Translations under genes and position numbers: made by a program
Origin: Botryllus schlosseri
Lineage: Eukaryota
Length of the DNA: 64,000 nucleotides
Assembly: GCA_051294905.1 (NCBI GenBank)
Contig: CM119386.1
Span: 10,292,001-10,356,000, forward strand
Direction of reading: 5' to 3'
In this document: piece after piece, positions 25,962 through 37,317 of the stretch
Layout: each line of letters opens with the position of its first letter
Numbering within the stretch: position 1 is the first letter of the stretch
Notes under the pieces: generated by a model
The model's database searches: none
Told to the model about the DNA's origin: nothing
The model's input: only the letters and a program-made list of their open reading frames with translations

Positions 25962-27034
25962 TACCCTGAACACGTCATCAGCCGCGGCATGGAGAGGAAA
26001 TCATCATCATCATCATTGGTTTATTAGCAATTTTATCAGTTCAATACACCACAAAAAATGCGATACAATGAAAAGACAGGAAGATGTCGAAGCGACAAGG
26101 AGTAGTCTATGGAATCTGACACCCACCTTGGCCTAGGCGATGTAAAGAGGAGGCATGCACACTGAATGAAAGTAAAGAAGATAGTATAGAAAAAGAATGC
26201 GACAAGAAATAGGGCGGCATGTCATGGGAAGCGAGATCGATAGGTCAGTCGTGGTCCGGTAATCTTGAGGATGGACTGTATTATTTAGTAGTAATTGTTT
26301 GTATTTCGACTTGAATGTGGACATGCTCGTCGACTGTCTGATGGCCGGCGGGATACTGTTCCACACATCAGGTCCGGCATATTTGATGGAGCGATGATCT
26401 TTTCGGTCGATCATATGATATTTGGACGCAATTAACGCAATTCAACGCAGAAAAACGAACAGAGCCCACCGCACGAACAATAAAAGATGTTTATATCCAT
26501 CTACCTTGGATTGGCCCCATTTCCACCCGCTTTGAAAAACAATTGATTTCTGCTGTCGGTAAATGTTACGATACAGTCAAAACCAATGTGATTTTTACAA
26601 CAACACAACTGCTCCCTTCAACACGCAAAGACGTGCTTCCTGCCCTTCAACAAAGTAATGTAGTGTACGAATATAGGTGCCACTGTGATTGTGGCTACGT
26701 GGGAAGAACGTCAAGACGTCTGCAGGACCGCATAAACCAACATGTCCCCAGATTTATCAGAACACGTGCGTCACGCGTTGTGAAAAGCTCACCCTTAACT
26801 CATCCACTTAAGATTGATGCTGATCGATCAAAGGCCATTAATTCTGCCATCGGCAAACATCTGTTGGATAATCCGATTTGTGCGAATAATTATCGAGACG
26901 ACCGATTTCGAATCGTAGGTCGAGGCCGTTCACAATTCCATTTGTGTGCCTTGGAATCAACTTTTATCAAAATACACCAACCAAAACTCTGTCAACAAAA
27001 GGAGTTCGTGTATCACCTAAAAATAGTACATTGA
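25962..27034 (+). pseudogene. C-terminal remnant of the Penelope-like ORF (linker plus GIY-YIG endonuclease), interrupted by a LINE
   Basis: Removing 26002-26429 and one AAT copy gives YPEHVISRGMERKLTQFNAEK...VYIHLPWIGPISTRFEKQ...SNVVYEYRCHCDCGYVGRTSRRLQDRINQH...AIGKHL...ESTFIK...[11 protein letters not shown]. This is a GIY-YIG domain with the CCHH residues typical of Penelope-like elements. Confidence 0.85.
26002..26429 (-). mobile_element. 5'-truncated CR1/L2-like LINE (ORF2 C-terminus, 3' UTR and (ATG)n tail)
   Basis: Translates ...[36 protein letters not shown], a typical ORF2 C-terminus of CR1/L2-group LINEs. Microsatellite tail at 26002-26016; apparent 3-bp TSD AAT. Confidence 0.8.
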
Positions 27035-27135
27035 ACGCTCTCTCATTCGAAATTTCATGCTGGTGACGTCATATTTTGTGATACGATTGTTGATATACAA
27101 TGTTCTTTCCAATTCTCTACTAGTTGCTGACGATT

Positions 27136-27169
27136 ACCCCTGACGAGTGTCAGCCGAAAATATTCGGGT
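27136..27169 (+). ncRNA. Minimal type-I hammerhead ribozyme motif (3' pLTR)
   Basis: Stem I ACCC/GGGT, core CUGACGA, 1-bp stem II (G-C) with a 7-nt loop, GAAA, palindromic stem III AAUAUU, predicted cleavage after UUC (27165). Confidence 0.75.
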
Positions 27170-27639
27170 TCATTTCAATATGAATATACTATTTACTGGC
27201 TGTATAATTGATTTTAAGTCAGTTTTATAACATTATAAGTGACTTTTAGCACCTTTGGGTATAATTATATCGTCGAATGGCGATATGTCTAAAGTACCGT
27301 ACGAAACAAACCTGATATGGAAGAGCCAATTTAGCTTCCGATCCAAAACAACCCGCTTTGCGAAACATATTATAGTTTAGGCCGTAAAAATGTTTGTTGT
27401 AGCATATTTGTGAACTTCAAGTGTTCACTAAGGTTATTCACGTTGAGAACCGGTCCTATTCGGAATATACATGGCACATCAAAAGGCTGCCTAAAGTTTC
27501 ACAGTTCCAAACGACTCCTTTTGCAGTGATATGCGTTCTTATTTGCCTCTGACAACTATGCAATGGAAAACATCACATGGATGAATGTTAATAAACTAAT
27601 TATAAACTATCGAATGTAATGCAATGTGTAGTTTCGATA

Positions 27640-27840
27640 GATAAACCTGTGACATGTAAAACGGCGAATCTGTCGGGTAAGCTGTCGCCATTCGGCGAGT
27701 CCCCCTACGTAATAATCACTGTCGGGTAAATATAATGGACATGTAGATAGCTCTTTAGTTAATCATGGCGAAGATATGGCGAAAAGAGAACAAAACTTTC
27801 AATAATGTTAATTTTCTCAAGATGTGTAAAATAGACATAT
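27640..27840. repeat. Degenerate interspersed repeat family, unclassified
   Basis: Shares AAGATATGGCCGAAAA and GTGTAAAATAGACATAT-type segments with ~4500-4720 and ~25200-25440. Confidence 0.4.
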
Positions 27841-28248
27841 CATATAACTACTTTATATGCCACAGCAACCCCTGAGCTATATAAACACAGCGGCGATATC
27901 AGTTGTGGCCGGTAATCTCTAGCGCTGTCTAGTTTTCACAGATTCTAATTTACGAATGAGAATATCTCAAATCCTTGGATTCAGTACTCAAGATGTCTGA
28001 TAAAAGTTGCTTATTTTGCCTGTACCAGAGCTCTTCTGCACTACAGTTCTGCAATCAATGTCCTGAGAAATCATAACGGAAGTTAGCCTACTATAAAATA
28101 CACTGATCCCGGAACTGCTGCTGATATGGTCTCATCTCTCCACAGTCTTAATGAAGGAGTCTAACTGCCGAATAATCGAGCACAGAGAGCCGACGGTATT
28201 ATTTAAAAATCTTAGATCAGCCTAAAAACTAAATCAAGGCATTAGCCT

Positions 28249-28362
28249 ACTTACTTGCTTGAAGCTTGTTTCCAGACCGGCAACTTCCGGCAACAAAGCG
28301 TACCGTAGTAGCTTATGTCACGCGCCCCTGCACACACTGGTCTTTTCTTTTTTGTTTTATAG
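28249..28362. promoter_or_regulatory. Candidate promoter region of the hnRNP R/Q gene
   Basis: ETS-type ACTTCCGG at 28283-28290 and a long pyrimidine tract at 28341-28360 ending in AG, about 1 kb upstream of the ATG. No transcript evidence. Confidence 0.3.
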
Positions 28363-29321
28363 CCAAACAGACTGAGAGACACGCGGGCTTCATGCTGGTG
28401 TCGGTCAAACGGGTTGAAAAATGAAGTGCGTCGCTGCTCGGAAACCACTGCATCGCGTTAATTCTCGCATGTATCGTTAGATGTGTATATAAGGGCTGTT
28501 CAGGGTGAAGGTATTGCGTTCAATGTTGCCGATGAGTGAAGGTTAAGTCCATTGCAAAGTTCTTGCTGCATTCACGTGGTTTCACGGTGAGCGAATGTAT
28601 GGTCTTTGCAACGTGACGCGTGTTCACAGTCAGGGGTATAGAGAAAGAACAGAATGTTTCGGTGCCGGTTGAGTTCGAAATGTGAACGATTGATACTTAA
28701 AACTAGCAACTTGCCAACACACACTTTTTAGAGTTGAGATTGATGTCTTGTTCGTAGAGTTTTCGGTTTTGTGGATGCATCATCATATGCCATATAGCTT
28801 TGTGCCATATAGCTTCGTAAGTCCGGAATATGGACTGTATATACTCTTTTACATGCGTATTCAACACTTTTGTTTGAAATATAAAATGATCTTTGTGGGC
28901 CTCTATGGAATCTCGGTTAATTTTTTGAAATAAATCCTGTGTGATGAGAGCTTTTCTGCATAGAATAATTCGGTAATTAAACAGAAAAATCTGTGTGATG
29001 CTGCCACCAATTCCACTCTAGTTTGTGGGAACGTGCATTGAAAGTCAGTCGCGTTTTCATGGATATTGATGATTTGCAATAAGTTTTAGGCGTCAGTCGA
29101 TATGCATCAAGTTTGTTTCCTGAAAATGTCAATAACGGCAAACCAGCAAACATCTAAAAGCATGCTAAAATATGCGCTAAAATAAAATCCGGCTGTGTTG
29201 CCGGCCGCAATGTGGAAGGATGTTCAAAAACTTACAGGCATGATCTATAAAAATTTTGATGCTGCGAGAAATGTCTCACTATTGCATTTTCACCTAGCAG
29301 CAAATTCCAAATTGTTAAATC

Positions 29322-32300
29322 ATGAGTGAACTTGTAGCAAAAATTGAAAATTCTGATGAAGAAGTTCTGAGATCTGATGACTACCACAAGCTGGTCGATG
29401 CCGGATGTACGCCACGTGTTGCGGAATCACTAGACTCTATTTTTCAAGATGATCTCGTTCAGTATTCTGAACTTGATGAAAGGGCCATAGAAGCGTTGAA
29501 AGAGCTCGATGAAGACGGTGCTATTGCTGTATTGAAGCAGTTCAGAGACTCCAACCTTCAAGTATGTTTGCAATTGTTGCTCCCATCTCTCATTTCTTCT
29601 AATTGTGCACTTCCTAATAGCATGTGCAAAACAAAAGTGCATTTCTATGCGGTGTTATGAAGATTTACCGCCAACGTCTCAAGGCCGAAAGAGATGGAAG
29701 AGTTAGTACCAACCAAAAAGTTGGTCCTGACGAAGAAAAAATCCAGGTGTGTAAATGTCATATTATTTGGTAACGGTGATTCAATATTGTGATCTTTCAG
29801 GCTTTGCTTGATAGAACAAAATACTCCCTGGATGTAACAACGGGTCAGCGAAGATATGGGGGACCGCCACCGAGTGAGGTTTACGATGGTGAGGAACCTG
29901 GCCCGGGATGCCAAGTGAGTATACGTGTGACTATAAATGATTTTCTGTGAAATTTGTCATAGATGAATTGTGAAAGTTGAATCAACAGCGTGAATATTCC
30001 AGCATAAATATGTAAATGTTGTAGGCCTACCCAGTCGTAATTGCTTGAATTTTCATAGGACTATCACGTCTGCTATGACACTGAAAAGTATTTCTGTATT
30101 TTTTCCGATCAGGACTATCCGAGATGTTTCTAAGAACAAGCTTCTGGAGTCGTAGTAAATTTCAAGACTGATGCCTTGGAACTTGAAATCATTTTGCGTC
30201 ATGTATTAAGGGATAGTTATGAAGTAGATTTTAGATATGGTCCAGTCATGTAGTTATGTATCAAGCAGTTAAATCGTCTGCATAGATACTTTCAAGCTAT
30301 TATTATAGTTGGAAGGTTTGAGCTTTTGTAATGCATCTGGAAAAAAATCTACGAGGGACTGGTTCTAGATAGTTGAATGCATTCAATTAATGATTTCAAT
30401 AGATATTATGTTTGATGAGCTTCTTGTAGGCACAGTACTCCAATATACATTTGAGTAATATATTCATATTGAAATGAAGCCAACATTTTCGGCTGACACT
30501 CGTCAGGGGTCATCGTCAGCAACTGAATACTTTGTCAACAAAATTTGAATGCAACCTATTTTATCACACTGCCTTATAGACAGGGTAAAAGTTCCGTGTG
30601 ACTAAGTATTATGTACGAGCATGTCGCTGAATCTGTCAGTATTGTATATGGGATTTTCATTTCTTTTCAAGGTATTTATTGGACGTATTCCGAGAGACGT
30701 GTTTGAAGACGAACTTGTGCCACTGTTGGAGGACGCCGGCACCATTTGGGACTTTCGTCTGATGATGGACCCACTTTCAGGGCAGAATAGAGGCTACGGC
30801 TTTGCTACTTTCATCGAGAAGGATATGGCTGTGGAATCTGTGAAACAGGTATGTGATGCCAATAGATCTTGAATCCCCGCCCTCTCTAGCGGCCAGACTA
30901 TATTATATGTTGGTATTGACAGCTCGATAACAAAGAAATCAAACCGAAGAAATACCTGGGAGTGTGTCTTTCTCAATCCAACTGCAGACTGTTCATAGGG
31001 TCGATCCCGAAAAGCAAAACAAAAGACGAAATATTTGAAGAGTTTCAGGGGCTATCACGTGGGTAACTTTTTTGACGGTACGAGTGTTAGCGACGGTGTA
31101 TATAATGCACACTTTGAGAATTTTGCGACTTGGCGATGATCGTGATTGAGATATATGGCATAAGAAGTTTCAATTTGTATTCATGTATGGTATTAATGAC
31201 TGGTTCAAGGCACAGTAGAGGCTCTGGATGTAAAGCTTCTTCAGATTCTCCATCAATTCATATTTGTTGCGGTTTAATTCTAATACTCGAGACCAGTTAT
31301 TGTTGTAATATGCTATGCGGATACCTATTTCTATAGGCATTCGGAATGAGTAAATTTGAAGTGTTTGAACAAGTAATGGAAGAGCTGGTCTCGATTTCAG
31401 ACCCTTAAGACTCCAGGATTAGAAGCAAAGAGATTTACTGGTCATGTTTTCTTTTTAGCGGGTCTCAGAGATGTCATCGTTTACCATCAGACGGAAGACA
31501 AGTCCAAGAACCGAGGCTTTTGCTTCCTCGAGTACATCGACCACAAGTCTGCTTCTCAGGCACGACGAAAACTGGGCACGGGGAAGACGAAGGTCTGGAG
31601 CAACGTGATAGTGTCCGTTGACTGGGCGGATCCGATCGATAACCCGTCTGACGAGATTATGTCGAAGGTCGGTTTATGAAAGATTTTGCATCGAAACGAA
31701 GTGGTAATTCCTTTATTTCGACGTCGACGACGCAGGTCAAAGTTCTCTATGTCAAGAACCTTGCGACGAAAGCTACCGAGGACGTCATCCAGACTACCTT
31801 CAGCGCTTTCGGGGAGGTTGAGAGGGTCAAGAAGATTAAAGATTATGCCTTTGTCCACTTCAAGGAGAGAGATCAAGCAATGAAGGTTAGTGTAGCTTCT
31901 TTGTTGGAGGGTTGCGGTTTTGAGCCCTTGCCAGGACAGACTGTAAACTTGCTTGCAAAGCTGGTATCCACGGCTTACCTGCTGGGTGGGTGGCACTCGT
32001 TGACACCGTGTACCCAACGGAGCTGACCACTTGACCAGGGCTGTGGGAATTTGAGTTTTGTTGAATTTACATTTGATATAGTCAGTCACAGTAATTTGTA
32101 ACACCCGTTGCAGGCGAGGAGAAGTTTGTTAAAATTCTTCGATTCCAACCAAATGTTCTGAAATGTCGTTGTGTTACTATTAGGAATAGATGATTTCCAA
32201 AAATTGGTTGGTTCACTTGGTAATAATAATAATAATAACAACAACGAAAAAGTAGCTTTACAGGAATGTTGGAGTTTGAGATTTATGAAGACAATATTAG

Positions 32301-34293
32301 GAGCCGGGTGTTATAAGTTTCAGGGATCTGTGTATTGAACTTGAACACGCCTGGAGTCGGTGGTAATGACTCTACAGTCCACACCCCTTGGGCCTGACCC
32401 TGTAACCTTATGGGACCTTTGCAACTCAATGGTAGTGTCAAAAATTAACTCTCACTTATTGTCAGTCGAAGTGAAGCAAAACAATAGTGAATCCGTGATT
32501 TCAGGCGATGGAAGACTTGAAAGGACTCAACCTCGAGGGCGAAGTGATCGAAATCAGCCTGGCCAAGCCGGTCGACAAGAAGAAGAAAGAACGGCAACTC
32601 GAAAGGAAGATGAATCAGCAGTAAGTACATCGCCGTCTCGGCCGAAAATTGCGAACGAGTGAAAAGCCGGCGTTTCGTTTCCAAGCATGATGGGCGGCAT
32701 GTTCGGGAACGGACCCAGAGGCAGGGGCGGAAGAAGTCAGAGAGGGGGACCCATGCCGCCGATGCCGTACATGTATAATAACGGCGGATTCGGCGAAGAC
32801 TATTATTACGACGGAATGGGCTATGACGGCTTCAACGGGAACTTTGATTACCCCTATGGTGGTTACGGCGGCGGCATGCCCATGTACCGGGGCGGCAGAG
32901 GAATGATGCGAAACAACATGCGTGGCGGGTAAGCTGATTGTCTTTATTTACTTGATGGCACGCTACAATCGAAAAATGATGGTTAGGATCAGAGCACTTT
33001 ACGATCAGTTGTTCAGTCTCCATTGTGTTTTGTTTTTCGCATTGTGAAGTGTCCCCTATGACCATCGTCAATCACGTTCCCTATTCCACGTGTTCGACTA
33101 TGTTCTCCACGAAACTGGCTACATCCACGTCAGATATTCACTCGTTTATAATTGGTTTAGTGTTGGGGTTACAATAATGTACGAGCATTTATATCCATTA
33201 ACCCTGACCGCAATCTATTCTGGCGATCTATATCTCAAGGCAGGAAAAGTACAATTATGATCTTCACCAATCACGTAAACAACATGAATTATTTTGATGT
33301 AAGTGGACAACATTTAATTGTGGTGGTCATGGAGAACACTTCTCGGTGTGAATGATAAAGTACACAGTACCCACGCGGTTGTGGTAACATTCTTGAGTGT
33401 GGTCTTGCGCATTGTAGATTTATTCCAGCTGACACTGATAACAGTTGCTCTGAATGACTATGTAATCAGTAGGGCAAGTTTTTGTTGCAGTTAATCCGCG
33501 GAAAGTTGCATTTATTTTTGACAAAAGTTGCACTATAAGACCACATTTGGCGCGGTTGACTAAAAAAACAAAAACAAAAAGGTCAACTTCCCAGATTGAC
33601 TAAAAAAAAGGTCAATTTTCCGGCTCAGCTCCCAAAATACCTGTAAAAGCGTTACTTCGGTGCTGATTTACGGTGTTTCAGTCGACTTTGGCCGTGTATT
33701 TAACCAAAATCGAAAATACTTTCATGAAAAATCGAAGAAGTTGCATGAAAAAATGGACAAAAGTTGCAAAAATTTGCACTATAAGATTCCTTCAAACAGC
33801 TTAAAACAGCATTCTACATATCTTATGAGTATTTAGGAAGCTGCCGGAAGCTGTAAAAAAAAGTTTCAAAAGTTGCAAAAACTTGCCCTAGTAATCAGTC
33901 TTCATGATATCGCCCGTTTTTGAAAGCAGTAATGTTTGTAATAATTTGAGTACCCAGTATTTAATGGTAATAGTATGATTCTAAGGTGCAAGCCCACCGT
34001 CAATTGTAACTCTGTAACCGAAGTAACAAATTCTACAGTCTGAAGTAACGCTTCGGATTTTATCAAACAGCTTTCCCCAAGGCCGCGGAGGTCTTTCATC
34101 GTGGGGCGTGCCGATGGGCCGCGGAGCAGCTGGTGGGGCTCGGCGCAGGCCCACCGGCAAGCATAAAATGGGTAATACCGGCGGTGGCCCCGCCGCAAAA
34201 CGACGGCATCTCGGAGCCGATAACTCATTTGGCATGTGGGGCGACCAGCCGATTGCTCAGCAGCCGTTGGACGATTCAAACGATTGGTTTTGA
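29322..34293 (+). CDS. HNRNPR/SYNCRIP: Heterogeneous nuclear ribonucleoprotein R/Q (SYNCRIP-like), 10 coding exons, 577 aa
   Basis: Exons 29322-29561, 29621-29746, 29801-29914, 30672-30848, 30923-31058, 31459-31667, 31736-31885, 32505-32620, 32686-32928, 34071-34293 (1734 nt, all GT-AG, in frame). Acidic N-domain ([37 protein letters not shown]), three RRMs ([28 protein letters not shown]), RGG/Tyr-rich region, C-terminal KRR...[11 protein letters not shown]. Confidence 0.95.
30417..30524 (-). mobile_element. Solo Penelope pLTR fragment with a decayed hammerhead, in hnRNP intron 3
   Basis: Matches the pLTR; core CTGACGA and GAAA are intact but the cleavage triplet is UUG and there is a 1-nt deletion. 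Confidence 0.75.
31895..31990 (+). mobile_element. Degenerate tRNA-derived SINE family 2
   Basis: Weak similarity to 46998-47135 (GGTTtgAGCCC...CAGGaCAGAC...CTGGTATCC..GGCT). Confidence 0.35.
33470..33890. mobile_element. hAT-type MITE in the last hnRNP intron
   Basis: TIR TAGGGCAAGTTTTT...AAAAACTTGCCCTA; perfect 8-bp TSD GTAATCAG. Confidence 0.85.
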
Positions 34294-34492
34294 AAATCTG
34301 AAACGACTCGAATTGAACTAACGCGGCTTCCGCCGCTGTTTTCCATGTGCTTGGACGCGTGAGACAATGTTAGCCATACACACACACGAGGACAGAAATG
34401 GTTCCGCCCATGTTCATTTGAACTGCCGCTGTTTTTGTAGTTTCTCTCTTTTATACATGTTGTCTTGTCGCAAAGGCTGGTGAGATTGTTAA

Positions 34493-34498
34493 AATAAA
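34493..34498 (+). terminator. Candidate proximal polyadenylation signal of the hnRNP gene
   Basis: AATAAA 200 nt after the stop codon. Confidence 0.35.
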
Positions 34499-35377
34499 TC
34501 GCGTCGAAAAAAAACGCCAAATTCCTTGTCTGACAAATTGGACAGCGACTAAATTTGAGAAAGAATCGGATATTCGACTTGCGTTGAGGCGAAGGCTATC
34601 AATTCGGCTGAGGATCGACAAAATATTGTGAAACAGCGGGTTCGTGTCGATTATGATTGGCAATCGGTATCAAAATATAACCTTCAGAAATTGTGGAGGC
34701 TGACAATTTGGCATTGGATTCCAAAACGACTAACTCTGCACGTAAGCAATTTCTATTCTTGTAATTTGGCTCGTAACAAAAGTCTTATGAATTTTTCAAG
34801 TCTAGCAAGGACTGTTGTTTTCGACATAATGTGGGAATTCTATCGTGAAGGTCGTAAGGTACTAAGCTGGGAGAGCTTGGTTTACTTTTCGCTTGAATAG
34901 ATTTTATTTCTGCAGGCGGAACTACGGCTTCCTGAGCACATGAAATGTGTGGAAGAGCGTACCTTGGAGGAAGGCTGTTGGAGTATGTTGGAACTTTGCG
35001 TCGAGCGTTGTTTGAGAACGATTGGCCGTTCTGGTCTTTATTATTTTACAGGTTCGATCGGTCACCGACGGCCCAATGCTGCTATTCTCTCTTTTTAACG
35101 AACTTTGTCCTTTTTTTCCTTAATGTCATTGGATTATTGATATCATGCTAGCGTTTTCTCTTACCGAGTTTTGTTCAACGTGCCTGTATGGCCCGATGCC
35201 TGTTTTTACGTGTTTCATAACTTGGGACGAATACTTCTCTTGTGTCTTGTAAGTGTCTCGTAAGCTGCTAGAAGCCTCCATTGCGTGTGGTTGACTGGCT
35301 TTGATGGATGAATAAGACCCTGTCGCGAGTCTGCTATTGATAGAATTAGTAAACGTGTGATTGCTTTGTTCGCTCGA

Positions 35378-35383
35378 AATAAA
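35378..35383 (+). terminator. Candidate distal polyadenylation signal of the hnRNP gene
   Basis: AATAAA at the end of ~1.1 kb of non-repetitive sequence, just before the repeats resume. Confidence 0.4.
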
Positions 35384-35499
35384 CAGCTTTGGCTTGGCAA
35401 TTTTTGACTGTCAAGGTTGTAACTGGCTAATCTGGCTCAGCTGTATCGTCACATTCGTTCAGCCCGGGCACGAGCTGTCGTTAATAGGTCGGTTCGCGA

Positions 35500-35826
35500 T
35501 AGACTAGTACGAACAACCAATTGGTGGAGATTCTAATTCTAGTTGCGCGTCCAAAAACAATATCTGCCGAACAACTAGGAAAAGCGTGTCGTTTTTAGTG
35601 AATTGTGATTCCGGTGAGATGTTGCAGCTTTTTCTTGGTCAGAGTCACCACCAACCCTGGCATAGCCGGGGGGGTTGTTTTGGGGGTCGAATTCGACACC
35701 CTTCCCATTTTAGACTTGTAACCATGTTCGTGTGGAGAGCCGTTTCGACTCTCGTAAAATAAAAATTGGATCTAGTAGGTTTTTCTAGTTCAAACTTCTG
35801 GAAATCCAGTAGTTTGTTCAAGTCTG
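35500..35826. mobile_element. Degenerate MITE of the CAGACTTGTACAAAC family
   Basis: Ends and interior resemble 52895-54610; 7/8 TSD GTTCGCGA/GTTCCCGA. Confidence 0.6.
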
Positions 35827-36704
35827 GTTCCCGAGACCAGAGCAAAGGGGGTCCAGGGTTAAAATTTTAGCAGTTGCCTCCTCCCTGCATTGTTAGGTAT
35901 TGCTCGCTTCGGTCAAAATATTCTGTTGACATTTCCTGATCGTGAGGTGGGCTGACTTGAGCACTTGTGATATATATCGGGTGCCAGGACGTACGGTATC
36001 TAAAATATCGGTAAAATTCAGACAAGCCCAGTCACACGTAGTTTGGACGACTCGGAAGAGGGACCAAGTGAAGTACAATCCAGAAATAGTGTCGGCTATA
36101 TCTGAAATATACGCGGATCCGACGTTGAAAGAAACGGAATATCCTATGAGAATGACGCCGTGGGGTGGTACTGTGATTTCGACTACCGTGTTCGGTCATT
36201 ACTTGGCATATTTTAGGCCAGATAGAGCTGAGCTTGATGTGACGACCTTCCAGTCGCCGGATTCTGAAATTTTGGGCGCCCACAAAACTTGAAGGGGTCC
36301 ATGATCAAAAAAGTTTAGGAATCACTGGCACAAACCCTCGCAGAATGGGGTGCGGATGGTTTGCGTTCACACTATATTTTCAGTCCGATAACATTTTACA
36401 AACTTTAAGAAGACTGTCAGTAGCCCTATAGTTTAGGGCAGGAGTGAGCAAACTTTTTAGCTCGCGGGTCGGATTCAACATTTGAATCCGTTCGCGGGCC
36501 GCACGATATAATATTGGGATACTATGCCAAAATTCAATATTCGTATTTGATTATAGTGACCGACGACAGGGAAATACTGTATGTGTAGCGCAGGATTGTA
36601 ACCAAGTCATAAGGCTCCGAGTCACAAGTCAATCTCACTTTTATAGTTTTGACTCGAGTCCAAGTCGCTGTGTTGACTGCTCAGTTTCCAGTTAACTATT
36701 ATTG

Positions 36705-36910
36705 AATAGTATATTCATATTGAAATAAACCCGAATATTTTCGGCTGACACTCGTCAGGGGTAATCGTCAGCAACTAGTAGAGAATTGGAAAGAACATTG
36801 TATATCAACAATCGTATCACAAAATATGACGTCACCAGCATGAAATTTCGAATGAGAGAGCGTTCAAAGTACTATTTTTAGATGGTACACGAACTCCTTC
36901 TGCTGACAGA
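36705..36910 (-). mobile_element. Penelope 3' fragment (end of ORF plus pLTR)
   Basis: Reverse complement reads [15 protein letters not shown] followed by a pLTR nearly identical to 27035-27196. Confidence 0.85.
36729..36762 (-). ncRNA. Minimal type-I hammerhead ribozyme motif (intact)
   Basis: Same 34-nt motif as 27136-27169. Confidence 0.72.
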
Positions 36911-37316
36911 GCATGGACCGGAGCCGGATTGGATATCCGGCCGGATTTGTACAATTTTGGCCGGACCGGATTGGAGCCGGATCAGTAGTTTTTCTGTTAC
37001 GGCCGGAGCCGGATCACTACTTTTTTGATACGGCCAGAATATTTATGGATAAGCATGAATTTTATAACTAAATAACTACCAACCAACCACACGCAAGTAA
37101 CCGCCAAGCCAGTGCGAACATAAACGAGGCATATTTATCAATTCGCGGAACCCCCTTACCTTTTACGGCCGGATTTCTGGCCGGACTTTTTCATTTTTGG
37201 CCGGAGCCGGATCAGTACTTTTTCATGATACGGCCGGAGTCAGATCGGAGCCGGACCAGCGAATTGAACAACCGGATCGGAGCCGAACCAGAGATTTTGT
37301 CGATCCGCTCCGCACT
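36907..37316. repeat. CCGGA-rich MITE-like element
   Basis: Dense GGAGCCGGA/CCGGAT motifs; starts CAGAGCATGGACCGG; right end degenerate. Confidence 0.55.
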
Positions 37317-37317
37317 A

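Larger units (their letters stand above)
25524..27196 (+). mobile_element. 5'-truncated Penelope-like retroelement with four terminal-repeat (pLTR) copies
   Basis: pLTR copies at 25524-25687(-), 25688-25814(+), 25815-25962(-) and 27035-27196(+), around a GIY-YIG ORF remnant. The direct repeat TGGCTGTATAATTGA at 25511-25525 and 27197-27211 acts as a 13-15 bp TSD. Confidence 0.9.

Noticed and set aside
25524-27196. Recurrent identical repeats suggestive of a CRISPR array
   Set aside because: The repeats are 110-170 bp pLTRs in mixed orientation, with no regular unique spacers and no cas genes, in a eukaryotic locus.
27960-28090. Possible snoRNA on the minus strand
   Set aside because: The C-box is imperfect, there is no terminal stem, and no host intron is established.
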